Assembly: GCA_002708995.1 (NCBI GenBank)
Contig: PAPT01000016.1
Location: forward strand, 39,892-103,891
Length of the DNA: 64,000 nt
Direction of reading: 5' to 3'
From: Geminicoccus sp.
Lineage (GTDB): Bacteria; Pseudomonadota; Alphaproteobacteria; UBA7985
A model generated the notes under the pieces. That model was not told the DNA's origin and did no database searches. It was given only the letters and a program-made list of their open reading frames with translations. The number at the start of each line of letters is the position of its first letter. Positions within the stretch are counted from its first letter, which is position 1. Below are positions 9,865 to 22,224 of the stretch, one piece after another. The position numbers were made by a program, and so were the translations under genes.

Positions 9865-10431
9865 ATGAGCACCACGGACACCCCCGAAGCCGACACGCCC
9901 ACCACCCCGGTCGAACGGGTCAACGTCTCGCACGCACTGGGACCGCGCTCTGCGGCGCGCTATGCCGCCGTGCAGGCCCTCTACCAGATCGAAGCCACCG
10001 ACGAAGTGCTGCTCGAACCCGTGCTCAAGGTCTTCGAGCGCCACTTCAACATGATCGAAATCGACGGCATGGAGCTGGGTGAATACGATCAGCAGCTGTT
10101 CCAGTCGCTGCTCGAAGGGGTGGCGCGGGTTGCCGCCGACCTCGACGACATGGTCTACGGCGCACTGTCCGAGAAATGGTCGCTGGCGCGGCTGGACAGC
10201 GTGATGCGGGCCATCCTGCGCGCGGGCACGTTTGAGCTGAGCGAGCGGCTCGACATCCCGGCCAAAGTCACGATCAACGAATACATCACCATCGCCAATC
10301 TGTTCTTCTTCGGCAAAGAACCGGCTATGGTCAACGCCACGCTGTTCACACTGGCCGAAACCCTGCGCCCGGACGAGCTGGACGCGCCCGCAGCCGCGGC
10401 GGCAACTGAAGCAGAAACAGCCACCGATTGA
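9865..10431 (+). CDS. nusB: Transcription antitermination factor NusB
   Basis: RSAARYAAVQALYQIE and ERLDIPAKVTINEYI are NusB-like. Conserved ribH-nusB-thiL order. Carries an N-terminal acidic extension. Confidence 0.9.
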   Translation: MSTTDTPEADTPTTPVERVNVSHALGPRSAARYAAVQALYQIEATDEVLLEPVLKVFERHFNMIEIDGMELGEYDQQLFQSLLEGVARVAADLDDMVYGALSEKWSLARLDSVMRAILRAGTFELSERLDIPAKVTINEYITIANLFFFGKEPAMVNATLFTLAETLRPDELDAPAAAAATEAETATD

Positions 10432-10491
10432 CCGGCAACCACAGGGGCAGCCACAGCCGCAGGGGACGACAAAGGGGGAGAAGGCGCGCGC

Positions 10492-11397
10492 GTGTCCGAG
10501 TTTGACTTCATCTGCGATCTGCGACTACTGACCGACCTCGACCCCGCGCTGGGGCTGGCCGACGACGCCGCACTGGTTCCGGCGCAGGCCGAGGTGGTCT
10601 GCACCGACACGCTGGTTGAGGGGCTGCACTTCATCGGTGATGAACCGGCCGCCGATCTGGCCTTCAAGCTGCTCGCCGTCAACGCCTCCGATCTGGCCGC
10701 CATGAACGCCCGGCCGACCCATGCCCTGCTTAACCTGAGCCTGCCCGGCACACGCTGCGACGCCGCATGGCGGGCCGGGTTCATTGACGGTCTGGGTGAG
10801 GCCTGCGCAGCCTTTGGCCTGCAGCTGCTGGGCGGTGACACCACCGGTAGCCCAGCGGGGCTGGTTCTGTCAGCGACCCTCTTCGGTGATCTGGAAGGGC
10901 GCGCGCCCTGGCGGCGTGCAGGTGCAGAAGCGGGCCAGCGGGTCTGCGTCTCCGGCCCCGTTGGCGCAGGCGCGCTCGGGCTGGCCGACGTGCAGGCAGG
11001 CGTAACCGACACGGCCTTTGCCGCGCACTACCGACGGCCCACGCCCCGGCTCGACCTGCTGGGCCTACCCGGTGTCACGGCCTGCGCCGATATCTCAGAC
11101 GGCCTGATCGCCGATCTGGCCCACATCTGCCGCGCCAGCGGTGTGGCCGCCGAGGTCGACCTGTCGGCCGTGCCGCTCGCTAACCCGGCCGGTGACGCGG
11201 CGGCACAGATCACCGGCGGAGACGACTACCGCCTCGTGTTCACCATGGCTGAGGGCACGGCGGCGGCCCTGCCCGCGGACTGCAGCGCTATTGGCCGGAT
11301 CATCCCGGCGGCACAGGGCCAGCCGCTGGTCCGGCTGTCCGGCGAGCCTGCGATCGCGGCGCAGATCGAAGCGCGGGCGGGCTATACCCACTTCTGA
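10492..11397 (+). CDS. thiL: Thiamine-monophosphate kinase
   Basis: 301 aa, AIR-synthase-like fold signatures (DDAALV, GGDTTGSP, DISDGL). GTG start. Confidence 0.9.
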   Translation: MSEFDFICDLRLLTDLDPALGLADDAALVPAQAEVVCTDTLVEGLHFIGDEPAADLAFKLLAVNASDLAAMNARPTHALLNLSLPGTRCDAAWRAGFIDGLGEACAAFGLQLLGGDTTGSPAGLVLSATLFGDLEGRAPWRRAGAEAGQRVCVSGPVGAGALGLADVQAGVTDTAFAAHYRRPTPRLDLLGLPGVTACADISDGLIADLAHICRASGVAAEVDLSAVPLANPAGDAAAQITGGDDYRLVFTMAEGTAAALPADCSAIGRIIPAAQGQPLVRLSGEPAIAAQIEARAGYTHF

Positions 11398-11506
11398 GCC
11401 GTTCAAAACGCGAAAGGAGAGCTGCGCAGGGCGCGTTTGACCCCCGCGCCCGGCTCTGTCACACCCCCCGCAGCTAAACCTTCCATTCCGCAGGGGACTG
11501 ATCACC

Positions 11507-12031
11507 ATGGACGTGTCCAAAATTTCGCGCGGCGAAAACCCACCCGTTGATATCAACGTCATCATCGAAGTACCGGCCAACTCCGCCGTGAAGTACGAGC
11601 TGGACAAGGACAGCGGTGCCGTGGTCGTGGACCGCATCCTGTTCACGCCGATGTTCTACCCCTGCAACTACGGCTTCATGCCCAACACCCTCTCCGACGA
11701 CGGTGACCCGGTGGACGTGCTGGTTGTCGGCCGCCACGAGCTGGCGCCGGGTTCGGTCATCCGGTGTGTGCCCGTTGGCGTGCTGATGATGGAAGACGAA
11801 AAGGGCGGGGACGAGAAGATCGTCGCCGTACCGCACAAGAAGATCGATGCCCAGTATGACGGCATCACCTCCTACACCGACCTGCCGCAGAACCTCGTCG
11901 ATCAGATCGGCCACTTCTTCGAGCGCTACAAGGATCTCGAGCCCGGTAAGTGGGTCAAGGTCACCGGTTGGGGCGATGAGAAGCAGGCCGCCAAGATGAT
12001 CGAAGAGGGCATGGCCCGCATCGACGGCTAA
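11507..12031 (+). CDS. ppa: Inorganic pyrophosphatase
   Basis: 174 aa with the DGDPVDVLV motif and YGFMPNT. Confidence 0.96.
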   Translation: MDVSKISRGENPPVDINVIIEVPANSAVKYELDKDSGAVVVDRILFTPMFYPCNYGFMPNTLSDDGDPVDVLVVGRHELAPGSVIRCVPVGVLMMEDEKGGDEKIVAVPHKKIDAQYDGITSYTDLPQNLVDQIGHFFERYKDLEPGKWVKVTGWGDEKQAAKMIEEGMARIDG

Positions 12032-12064
12032 ATCTGCTGGGCAACCTCAGCCAGTCAGGGACAG

Positions 12065-12100
12065 GCCCCGGGATCGCTGCGCGCGGTGCCGGGGCTTTTT
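12065..12100 (+). terminator. Rho-independent terminator downstream of ppa
   Basis: Stem GCCCCGG (12065-12071) / CCGGGGC (12089-12095) followed by TTTTT (12096-12100). Confidence 0.65.
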
Positions 12101-12135
12101 CCTGCGCGTCGGAAGGCAGGCGCGACCAGCGGCCC

Positions 12136-12597
12136 CTATTCGTTGAAGCGGACGGTGCCGAAGATGGTCTGGAACAGACCCTGAGCCGCCGAACGGTCGG
12201 GTCCGTAGATCGACGAGCTGTCGGGGTCAGGTTGCAGGTTGGTATCGCCGAGAATGCCCTCGGCCACTTCGAAGTTCTGCACCACGCCTTCGTCGTCAAA
12301 GACCAGCACCACCACGCGTTGGTCGATCACCAGCGGCGGGTTGAGCGGCCGGGGACGCAGATCCTGCTTCACGTAGTACCAGATATTGGGGTCGGCGACG
12401 CTGACGGTGATGGGGCGGCCGAAACGGTCCTGCATCTCGTCCTTGGTATCGATGCCCTTGCGGACGGTCACAAGGTCTTCGTCGCTGGGGGCGCTGCCCC
12501 GGACGTCAATCTGCGCGCTGCAGCCCCCCAGCACCAGCCCGAAGGCCAACAGCGAGAGCGCCAGCAACACCGCGCGAACCTGTCGCGTGACAGACAT
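12136..12597 (-). CDS. bamE: Outer-membrane protein assembly factor BamE (SmpA/OmlA lipoprotein)
   Basis: Signal peptide with lipobox LVLGGC. The SmpA/OmlA-like segment VRKGIDTKDEMQDRFGRPI...WYYV is present. Confidence 0.8.
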   Translation of the reverse strand: MSVTRQVRAVLLALSLLAFGLVLGGCSAQIDVRGSAPSDEDLVTVRKGIDTKDEMQDRFGRPITVSVADPNIWYYVKQDLRPRPLNPPLVIDQRVVVLVFDDEGVVQNFEVAEGILGDTNLQPDPDSSSIYGPDRSAAQGLFQTIFGTVRFNE

Positions 12598-12653
12598 TCA
12601 ATCCACCCCATATCTGTGGTCAGCACAGAGGCCTCAACCACGAGTTCAGTAGC

Positions 12654-13187
12654 ATGATCGGACCACTTCGGCGACTCCTCGGTCGCAGGGCTGAACCCCG
12701 CCCGCCCAGCCTCGACGGCAACACTCGTCTGAATGCGGTCAAGGCCGTAGCCCTGCAGCCGGTTCTATTCGCGCAATGGGGCATTCCAGACCGCTTTGAC
12801 GGCCGTTTTGAGGCAGTTTTGCTGCTCACGGCGGTCGAATACGCGCGGCTCGTCCGGGCGGAAGAAAACGCCGCTGCGGACACGCTGCTCGCCGCCTTCA
12901 TGGAAGACGTCGAGCTGGCGCTGCAGGCCAGTGGCGTCTCCGACACCGGCATGCGCAAGAAGATGCGGCAGGTCGAGACCAGTGCGTACGCGCGGGTCGA
13001 GCGGGTCGGTGCTGCGCTTCGGCAGGGGACGAGCGCTGCGCCTGAGATCCTCAACAGCATGTTCGGCGGCAGCGAAGACGACGCGCCCCGCGCCACCGCC
13101 GACAGGCTGGACAGCCTGCTGCACGCCCTGTACGCCGACCCCGAGGGGCTGGCGGCTGCCACCCCGATCATCCAGCGCCTGAGCTGA
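12654..13187 (+). CDS. Ubiquinol-cytochrome c chaperone (Cbp3-like) family protein
   Basis: The DRFDGRFEAVLLLTAV segment and position between bamE and a DUF177 gene match the family arrangement conserved in alphaproteobacteria. Confidence 0.7.
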   Translation: MIGPLRRLLGRRAEPRPPSLDGNTRLNAVKAVALQPVLFAQWGIPDRFDGRFEAVLLLTAVEYARLVRAEENAAADTLLAAFMEDVELALQASGVSDTGMRKKMRQVETSAYARVERVGAALRQGTSAAPEILNSMFGGSEDDAPRATADRLDSLLHALYADPEGLAAATPIIQRLS

Positions 13188-13217
13188 TCAACGACCCGAG
13201 CTGAACCGAGCTGCCCT

Positions 13218-13781
13218 GTGACCAAGCACCGAGACCCCCTGACCGACCCGATCGAATGGCCCCGCGACGGCTGGCGCGACCGCCTTGCCGTCCCGGCCGA
13301 GGCTGCGCAGGCCATCGCCGAGCAGCTGGACCTGCAGACCGCGCCCGACGACCTCAGCCTGACCGTTGACGCCGATCTGAGCGCAGGCGGCAAGGAGCTG
13401 GTTTACCGGCTTTCGCTGAGCGGGACGGTGACACAGGCCTGCGTGGTCACGCTGGAGGCGCTGAAAACGACGGTCGACGAGAGCTTCATCCGCCGGTTTC
13501 GGGAGGGTAGTTTCCGCGATGAGCTGGAGGTCGAAATCGCCGCCGCAGACGGGGATATCGCCACCCTGAACGAAGACCTCGAACCCTGGCCGCGAACCGT
13601 GGACGAGCGGCCCAGCCTGCTCGATTTCGTGGTCGAGCATCTCGGGCTGATCCTCGATCCCTACCCGCGCAAGCAGGGGACCGAGGCCGACGCCGGTCTG
13701 CTGCAGGATCCTGTCGACCAGCCGGAAACCATGAGCCCCTTCGCGGCACTGGCTTCGCTCAAACCCAAATCGGAAGATTAA
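13218..13781 (+). CDS. YceD/DUF177 family protein
   Basis: 187 aa, acidic, with the conserved C-terminal LDPYPRK motif. GTG start. Confidence 0.8.
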   Translation: MTKHRDPLTDPIEWPRDGWRDRLAVPAEAAQAIAEQLDLQTAPDDLSLTVDADLSAGGKELVYRLSLSGTVTQACVVTLEALKTTVDESFIRRFREGSFRDELEVEIAAADGDIATLNEDLEPWPRTVDERPSLLDFVVEHLGLILDPYPRKQGTEADAGLLQDPVDQPETMSPFAALASLKPKSED

Positions 13782-13816
13782 GGCGGCCCAAAGCCGCAAA
13801 AGACACTCGGTCGGGG

Positions 13817-15349
13817 TCAGTTGTTGTCCGACGAGCGGGCGACGCGGATGGCTTCCTGCGCCGCGCGGAACAGCGCCGCTGACTTATGCTCGCACTCGGC
13901 CTGCTCCATCGCCGGGACCGAGTCCGCGACGATCCCTGCCCCGGCCTGCACGTACAGCTTGCCGTCCTTGACCACCGACGTGCGCAGGGCGATGCACGTG
14001 TCCAGCTCACCGGTCGCGGAAATATAGCCCACGGCCCCGGCGTAGACGCCGCGCTGGCTGGGTTCGAGTTCGTCGATGATCTCCATGGCGCGGACCTTGG
14101 GCGCCCCGGATACCGTCCCGGCGGGAAAGCCCGAGCCCAGAGCAGTAAAGGCGTCGACGTCTTCGCGGACTTTACCGACGACGTTGGAGGTGATGTGCAT
14201 GACGTGGCTGAAGCGCTCGACCACCATCTTTTCCGTGACTTCGACGCTGCCGATCTGGGCAACCCGCCCGACATCGTTGCGCCCCAGATCGAGCAGCATG
14301 AGGTGCTCGGCCAGCTCCTTGGGGTCGTCGCTGAGTTCCTGCTCGAGCGCGTTGTCCTCGGCCAGCGTCTTGCCCCGCGGCCGGGTTCCGGCGATCGGGC
14401 GGATGGTAATCTGCTCCTCGCGCACCCGCACCAGAATTTCCGGGCTGGCGCCGACGATGCTGAAATCACCCATGTTCAGGTGGAACATAAACGGCGAAGG
14501 ATTGACCCGGCGCAGCGCGCGGTAGAGCGCTGAAGACGGCAGGTCGAAATCGGTCTCGAACCGCTGGGAAAGGACGACCTGAAAGATGTCGCCTGCGATG
14601 ATGTATTCCTTGGCGACCTCGACCATCTGCTCGTACTCGGCAGCGGTGAAATTGGAGGTGCGTTCGGGTAGCTCCAGCAGGCTCGTCTGGCCCCGGCTGG
14701 CGGCTTCGCGGTCTGCGGGCACCGGTGCCTGCAGCTGCGCCACAAGGTCGTCCAGACGCTGCTCGCCCCGGGCGAAGGCGGCCGCAGGCTCCTCTTCCGC
14801 GTCGGGCCAGAGGGGCGTTACCAGATAGAGCGTGTCGAAGGCGCGATCGAAGATGATCACCGCACGCGGGCGCAGCAGCATGGCGTCTGGAACGTCGATG
14901 TCGCGCGGGTTGGCGTGGGCTGATCGCTCAAAGTACTGCACCATTTCGTAGCCGAAATAGCCGAACACGCCCGCCGACATGGGCGGCAAGGGCGCCGGGA
15001 TATCTGCGCGGGCCGCGTCGGAGAAGGCGCGCAGGCTATCCATGGTGCTGCGCTCGGCCGGCTCGTCGGTCCAGGCGACATCGCCAGTGGCGCTGCGGTC
15101 ACCGATCCGGGTTTTGCCACCAGCGTGGTGCCAGATGCGGTCAGGATCGATACCGATGAAGGAATAGCGCCCGAGGCTTTCCCCGCCCTCCACGCTCTCG
15201 AACATGAGCGACAGATCATCGAAGGCGCCCAGCTTCAGCGCTGCGGCGACCGGTGTTTCAAGCTCGGCCGACGCCGTCCGCCACAGCAGGTACCCGCGCC
15301 CGGCGTTCCGAGCGGCGAGATAGTCGTCAAATGCTGTGTCTGAAGTCAT
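13817..15349 (-). CDS. trpE: Anthranilate synthase component I
   Basis: 510 aa with LMLLDLGRNDVGRV, GAVGYIS and chorismate-binding C-terminal motifs. Confidence 0.96.
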   Translation of the reverse strand: MTSDTAFDDYLAARNAGRGYLLWRTASAELETPVAAALKLGAFDDLSLMFESVEGGESLGRYSFIGIDPDRIWHHAGGKTRIGDRSATGDVAWTDEPAERSTMDSLRAFSDAARADIPAPLPPMSAGVFGYFGYEMVQYFERSAHANPRDIDVPDAMLLRPRAVIIFDRAFDTLYLVTPLWPDAEEEPAAAFARGEQRLDDLVAQLQAPVPADREAASRGQTSLLELPERTSNFTAAEYEQMVEVAKEYIIAGDIFQVVLSQRFETDFDLPSSALYRALRRVNPSPFMFHLNMGDFSIVGASPEILVRVREEQITIRPIAGTRPRGKTLAEDNALEQELSDDPKELAEHLMLLDLGRNDVGRVAQIGSVEVTEKMVVERFSHVMHITSNVVGKVREDVDAFTALGSGFPAGTVSGAPKVRAMEIIDELEPSQRGVYAGAVGYISATGELDTCIALRTSVVKDGKLYVQAGAGIVADSVPAMEQAECEHKSAALFRAAQEAIRVARSSDNN

Positions 15350-15443
15350 GACACTTCCGGTCCGTCGAGGGTCAGGGGCTGCAGGTTGGGGCCGGAGCCG
15401 ACCGCAGCCCGAACTGCGGACAGTCCCGGAACCAGAGACTTAC

Positions 15444-17459
15444 TTACATGCCTGCGCTGTTATGGCCGGCCTGATCGGCGTAGGTCCGGCCTTCCAGACG
15501 CACCTGCCCGTCCCCGCCAGAGCGAAGATCGAGGTAGGCATTGAGCCCGGAGGTCACAGCACGGTCCATGATCAGGTCGTTGATGTTGATACGCACGGTG
15601 TCGCGCACCGCCTCACGGAAGGCACGCTGCAGCTCGTCGTCGTACTGGTAGGCGAACTGGGCTTCGATCCCGGCCAGCGCTTCGGCGTCAACCTCGGCGT
15701 CGGCGGCGCGGGCATCCCGCACCAGCACGATATTGAAGCCGGTATTGGTGACGCCGCTGACCACATCACCGGCTGCGGCACCATCGATGGCGTCGGTCGG
15801 CACCGAGAAGCGCAGCAGGTCGGCCAGCGTCAGGCCTTCGCGGGTTTCGATCGTCAGTCCGGCTTCGGCCGCGTAGGCGACAAAACCCTCGGCGTCAGCG
15901 GCGGTGGCCATGGCTTCTTCACCCAGCGCCGTCAGCAGCTCGCGGCGGGTCGCCTCGTTGTAAGCGATGCGCAGCCGCGGCTCGGCTTCGTCGAAGGTCA
16001 GCGGGCGGGTTTCTTCAACCCCGTCCACGCGGAGGATGAACAGGCCATCGTCGCCGAAGGAGTTGCGGAAACCAGTCTGGCCAACGAGCGCCGAGAACAC
16101 CTCGCCGATGATCTTGGCGTTGAAGGGCACGCCCTCGACCCGGGCATCAGGGCCGCTCTGGGCCATCTCACCGGAGATAACGGGCAGGTCAACCTGCGCG
16201 GCTGCGTCTTCGAGCGACATGGTGCCGACAAGGCCATCGAGTTCATCAAAACGGGCGCCAAGAATGGTCGAGGCCTGCGGGCCGGCAACGGCCAGCTGTG
16301 CGGTCGGGCGGTAGTCTTCGAACGACTGAATCTCAGGCGCCTGAATGTCGTAGACTTCGATCAGCGAGAAGCGACCGCCGTCCTCGACCACGTCCAGCAT
16401 GCCGACTTCGGTCGCAGCGGTGAAGGCAGCGTTGATCGCTTCCCGGCCATAGGAGATCGGGCGCAGACCCACGTCGTTCGGGGTCGCGACCCCGGCGGCG
16501 GCGGCGGCGTCCTCGAAGCTCTGGCCACCGCGCACGGCGTCGACGATGCCCTGCGCAAGGTCACGGTCGTCGAGCGACAGCTGCTTGTAGGCCCACTGGG
16601 TGCCAACCTCGGCACGCGCGACGTATTCATCGTAAGTCGCCTGCAGGTCTTCTTCGGTGACCTCGATGCTGTCGAGCAGATCGGCCGGGGTCAGGAAGAT
16701 GCCGGTAAAGCTGCGGAATTCGGGGCGCTGGTAGGCGACGGGGGTCTCGTCGAGGATCGCCTGCAGCTGCTCGGTGGTCGGCTCAGGGACTTCGACCGTA
16801 TCCGGGGAGATGGCCACGTAGTCGATGTCGTAGCGCGACCAACGGGCGTTGAAATCGGCCTGCGCCACAGCGCTTGGAACCGGCACGATCGTGCTGTTGG
16901 TCTCGTTGTCGAACACCAGATCATCGGCGACCCTGAACAGGCGGGTCGAGGCCAGCTCGGCAGCGGTCTCACGCAGGAAGGCGCGCTCGGTCAGGCCCTG
17001 ATAGGCCAGCGAGTTGGACATGCGGCGTTCGCTGAACTGCCCGGTCACCGGGTCGGTGAACACGCTCTGGACATAGGCGGACAATTCCTCGTCTGAAGCG
17101 GTCAGGCCCAGCTGGGCGGCCTGCGCCTGAAACGCGACCTGGTTCACCAGCCGGTCTTCGGTGGTGCCTTTGACCGAGGCGATCAGGCCGAAGCTCTCGA
17201 ACTGCTCTGCGGTGGTCAGGGGCAGACCAAGCTGGGTCTCGAACGGCTGGGCGATCTGGAAGAAGGCATTGCGCGCTTCCGTGGCGATTTCCAGCTCGTT
17301 GATGCGCTCACCCCCGGCGTTGATCCCCGTGCTCACCCGCGAGGAGGTGAAGAGGCTGATCGAACCCACAATACCGGACCCGAGCAGGAGCACCGCGAGG
17401 AGGACCAGAACGGCTTTACCCGCTATCGACTGCGCAAAGGCGCGAAGACCACCCATCAT
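15444..17459 (-). CDS. Periplasmic chaperone / peptidyl-prolyl isomerase PpiD-like (SurA N-terminal domain protein)
   Basis: 671 aa with an N-terminal membrane anchor (AVLVLLAVLLLGSGIV). Position between trpE and tpiA is conserved in alphaproteobacteria. Confidence 0.8.
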   Translation of the reverse strand: MMGGLRAFAQSIAGKAVLVLLAVLLLGSGIVGSISLFTSSRVSTGINAGGERINELEIATEARNAFFQIAQPFETQLGLPLTTAEQFESFGLIASVKGTTEDRLVNQVAFQAQAAQLGLTASDEELSAYVQSVFTDPVTGQFSERRMSNSLAYQGLTERAFLRETAAELASTRLFRVADDLVFDNETNSTIVPVPSAVAQADFNARWSRYDIDYVAISPDTVEVPEPTTEQLQAILDETPVAYQRPEFRSFTGIFLTPADLLDSIEVTEEDLQATYDEYVARAEVGTQWAYKQLSLDDRDLAQGIVDAVRGGQSFEDAAAAAGVATPNDVGLRPISYGREAINAAFTAATEVGMLDVVEDGGRFSLIEVYDIQAPEIQSFEDYRPTAQLAVAGPQASTILGARFDELDGLVGTMSLEDAAAQVDLPVISGEMAQSGPDARVEGVPFNAKIIGEVFSALVGQTGFRNSFGDDGLFILRVDGVEETRPLTFDEAEPRLRIAYNEATRRELLTALGEEAMATAADAEGFVAYAAEAGLTIETREGLTLADLLRFSVPTDAIDGAAAGDVVSGVTNTGFNIVLVRDARAADAEVDAEALAGIEAQFAYQYDDELQRAFREAVRDTVRININDLIMDRAVTSGLNAYLDLRSGGDGQVRLEGRTYADQAGHNSAGM

Positions 17460-17660
17460 GATAAAATCTGCCTAACGTCTTTTGTTTTACCGGTGCCGGG
17501 ATCCACGCAGAAACGCGCCGGAACCAGAATGATTTAGTCATTCAAACGCGCCCCCGCAAATAACGGAGTCGCGAGTGCAAAGCTTTCGCGTGACAGACCA
17601 TAATTTCACCGCCTAAACAAGGCGCAGCAGCAATTCCCTGAACGAAGGAAGACCCGACCC

Positions 17661-18398
17661 ATGTTTATTGCCGGCAACTGGAAGATGAACGGAACGCTGG
17701 ATCAGGCGCGTGCGCTGGCCCGCGCGCTGGCCGAGCAGTTGCCCGCAGGCGCGCCCACAACCGCGCTGTTCCCCCCGGCCCCGCACCTGACGGCTGTGCT
17801 CGAAGAAGTCGCCGACAGCCCGATTTTTGTCGGGGGACAGGACTGCTCGCCCCACCCCGACGGCGCCCATACCGGCGACGTGTCGGCGGCCATGCTGGTC
17901 GATTTGGGTGCGCGCGGGGTTATCGTTGGTCACTCGGAGCGTCGCACCAACCACGGCGAAACCGACGCGCAGGTGCTGGCCAAGGTTACCGCCGGCATGC
18001 AGGCGGGGATCGGCGTGATCCTCTGCGTGGGCGAGACCCTTGAACAGCGCGAAGCCGGGCAGGCCGAAGCGGTGGTGCGGGGGCAACTTGCCGCAGGCCT
18101 GCCGGAGACCCTCTCCGGTGACGCCATCACCATTGCCTACGAGCCGGTCTGGGCCATCGGCACGGGCAAAGTCGCCACCCGGGACGATATGTCCACGATG
18201 CACCGCATGATCCGCGCCTGGCTGCGCGAGCACCGCCCTGCGCTGGCCGAGACCTTCATCCTCTACGGTGGATCGGTCAAAGCCGCGAACGCCGACGACG
18301 TTTTTGCCGCCGACGAGGTTGGCGGCGCGCTGGTGGGTGGCGCGAGCCTGAAATCCGACGATTTTCTTGGGATTATCACGGCTGCCATGAACGCCTGA
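17661..18398 (+). CDS. tpiA: Triosephosphate isomerase
   Basis: 245 aa with IAGNWKMNG, GHSERR and AYEPVWAIGTG. Confidence 0.96.
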   Translation: MFIAGNWKMNGTLDQARALARALAEQLPAGAPTTALFPPAPHLTAVLEEVADSPIFVGGQDCSPHPDGAHTGDVSAAMLVDLGARGVIVGHSERRTNHGETDAQVLAKVTAGMQAGIGVILCVGETLEQREAGQAEAVVRGQLAAGLPETLSGDAITIAYEPVWAIGTGKVATRDDMSTMHRMIRAWLREHRPALAETFILYGGSVKAANADDVFAADEVGGALVGGASLKSDDFLGIITAAMNA

Positions 18399-18475
18399 AT
18401 GCGCTCTGCCCTTCCATTCTGGCGCCGGTTGTCCTACCTACGCCCTTGAAACGACAAGACAGATGAGTTTGCAGC

Positions 18476-18994
18476 ATGATTATCGGCTTGCTTTTGTCCA
18501 TTCAGGTTCTGGTTGCCTTCGCCCTGATCGCGATTGTGCTGATCCAGCAGACTGACAATTCCGGTCTCGGCCTCGCGGGCGCGGGCGGCGGTGACGCCAG
18601 CTCCCTGCTGCAGACGCGGGCCTCGGCCAGCTTCCTGACCCGGGCGACCTCCGGGCTGGCGGCGGCCTTCATGCTGGTCAGCCTCGCTCAGGGCATCCTT
18701 GCAGGCGGCTACGGCTCCTCTGGTGGTTTCATTTCCAACACTCTGGGTCTGACGACTCCGGCAGCCGAAATCGACAATTCCGCGGCCTTTAACCCGATCG
18801 TCTTCGACGACGGCGCTGCGGCGGGTGAAGAAAGTTCCGGCACGGATACCTCGAACCTGCTGTTCGATCCGACCATTTCCGTCGACGAGTCGGCCCCGGC
18901 AGCGGCAGAAACCCCCGCCGATACGGGCTCTGAGAGTGGTGCAGCCGCCGATAATGGTGCTGCCACGGACACAGCCACAACTGATTCGCAGTAA
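18476..18994 (+). CDS. secG: Preprotein translocase subunit SecG with a long low-complexity C-terminal tail
   Basis: The N-terminus LLSIQVLVAFALIAIVLIQQTDNSGLG is a SecG signature. It sits downstream of tpiA as usual. Confidence 0.88.
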   Translation: MIIGLLLSIQVLVAFALIAIVLIQQTDNSGLGLAGAGGGDASSLLQTRASASFLTRATSGLAAAFMLVSLAQGILAGGYGSSGGFISNTLGLTTPAAEIDNSAAFNPIVFDDGAAAGEESSGTDTSNLLFDPTISVDESAPAAAETPADTGSESGAAADNGAATDTATTDSQ

Positions 18995-19060
18995 CAGCAC
19001 GGCAGCACGTCGCAAACGGGGCGAGACTCTTCTTGCGTCCCTATAACGTTATGCGCATAA

Positions 19061-20701
<1,641 letters not shown>

Positions 20702-20745
20702 CCTCGTTGTCTGGAAACCCGGCAAATGGCGATTGTGGGCCGTAA

Positions 20746-22206
<1,461 letters not shown>

Positions 22207-22224
22207 ACACGCGAGACCGCCACC

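Noticed and set aside
15350-15443. Trp leader peptide or attenuator upstream of trpE
   Set aside because: The gap is only 94 nt, with no ORF containing tandem Trp codons and no terminator-like hairpin with a U-tract. trpE is probably co-transcribed with the upstream ppiD-like gene.
15336-17096. 586-aa plus-strand ORF opposite the ppiD-like gene. The same applies to 38647..40353 (-) opposite trkA, 10155..11012 (-) opposite thiL, 43958..45034 (-) opposite trpG/trpD and 37407..38747 (-) opposite ntrX.
   Set aside because: Same antisense-frame artefact. The sense-strand genes have clear family motifs and the antisense translations have none.
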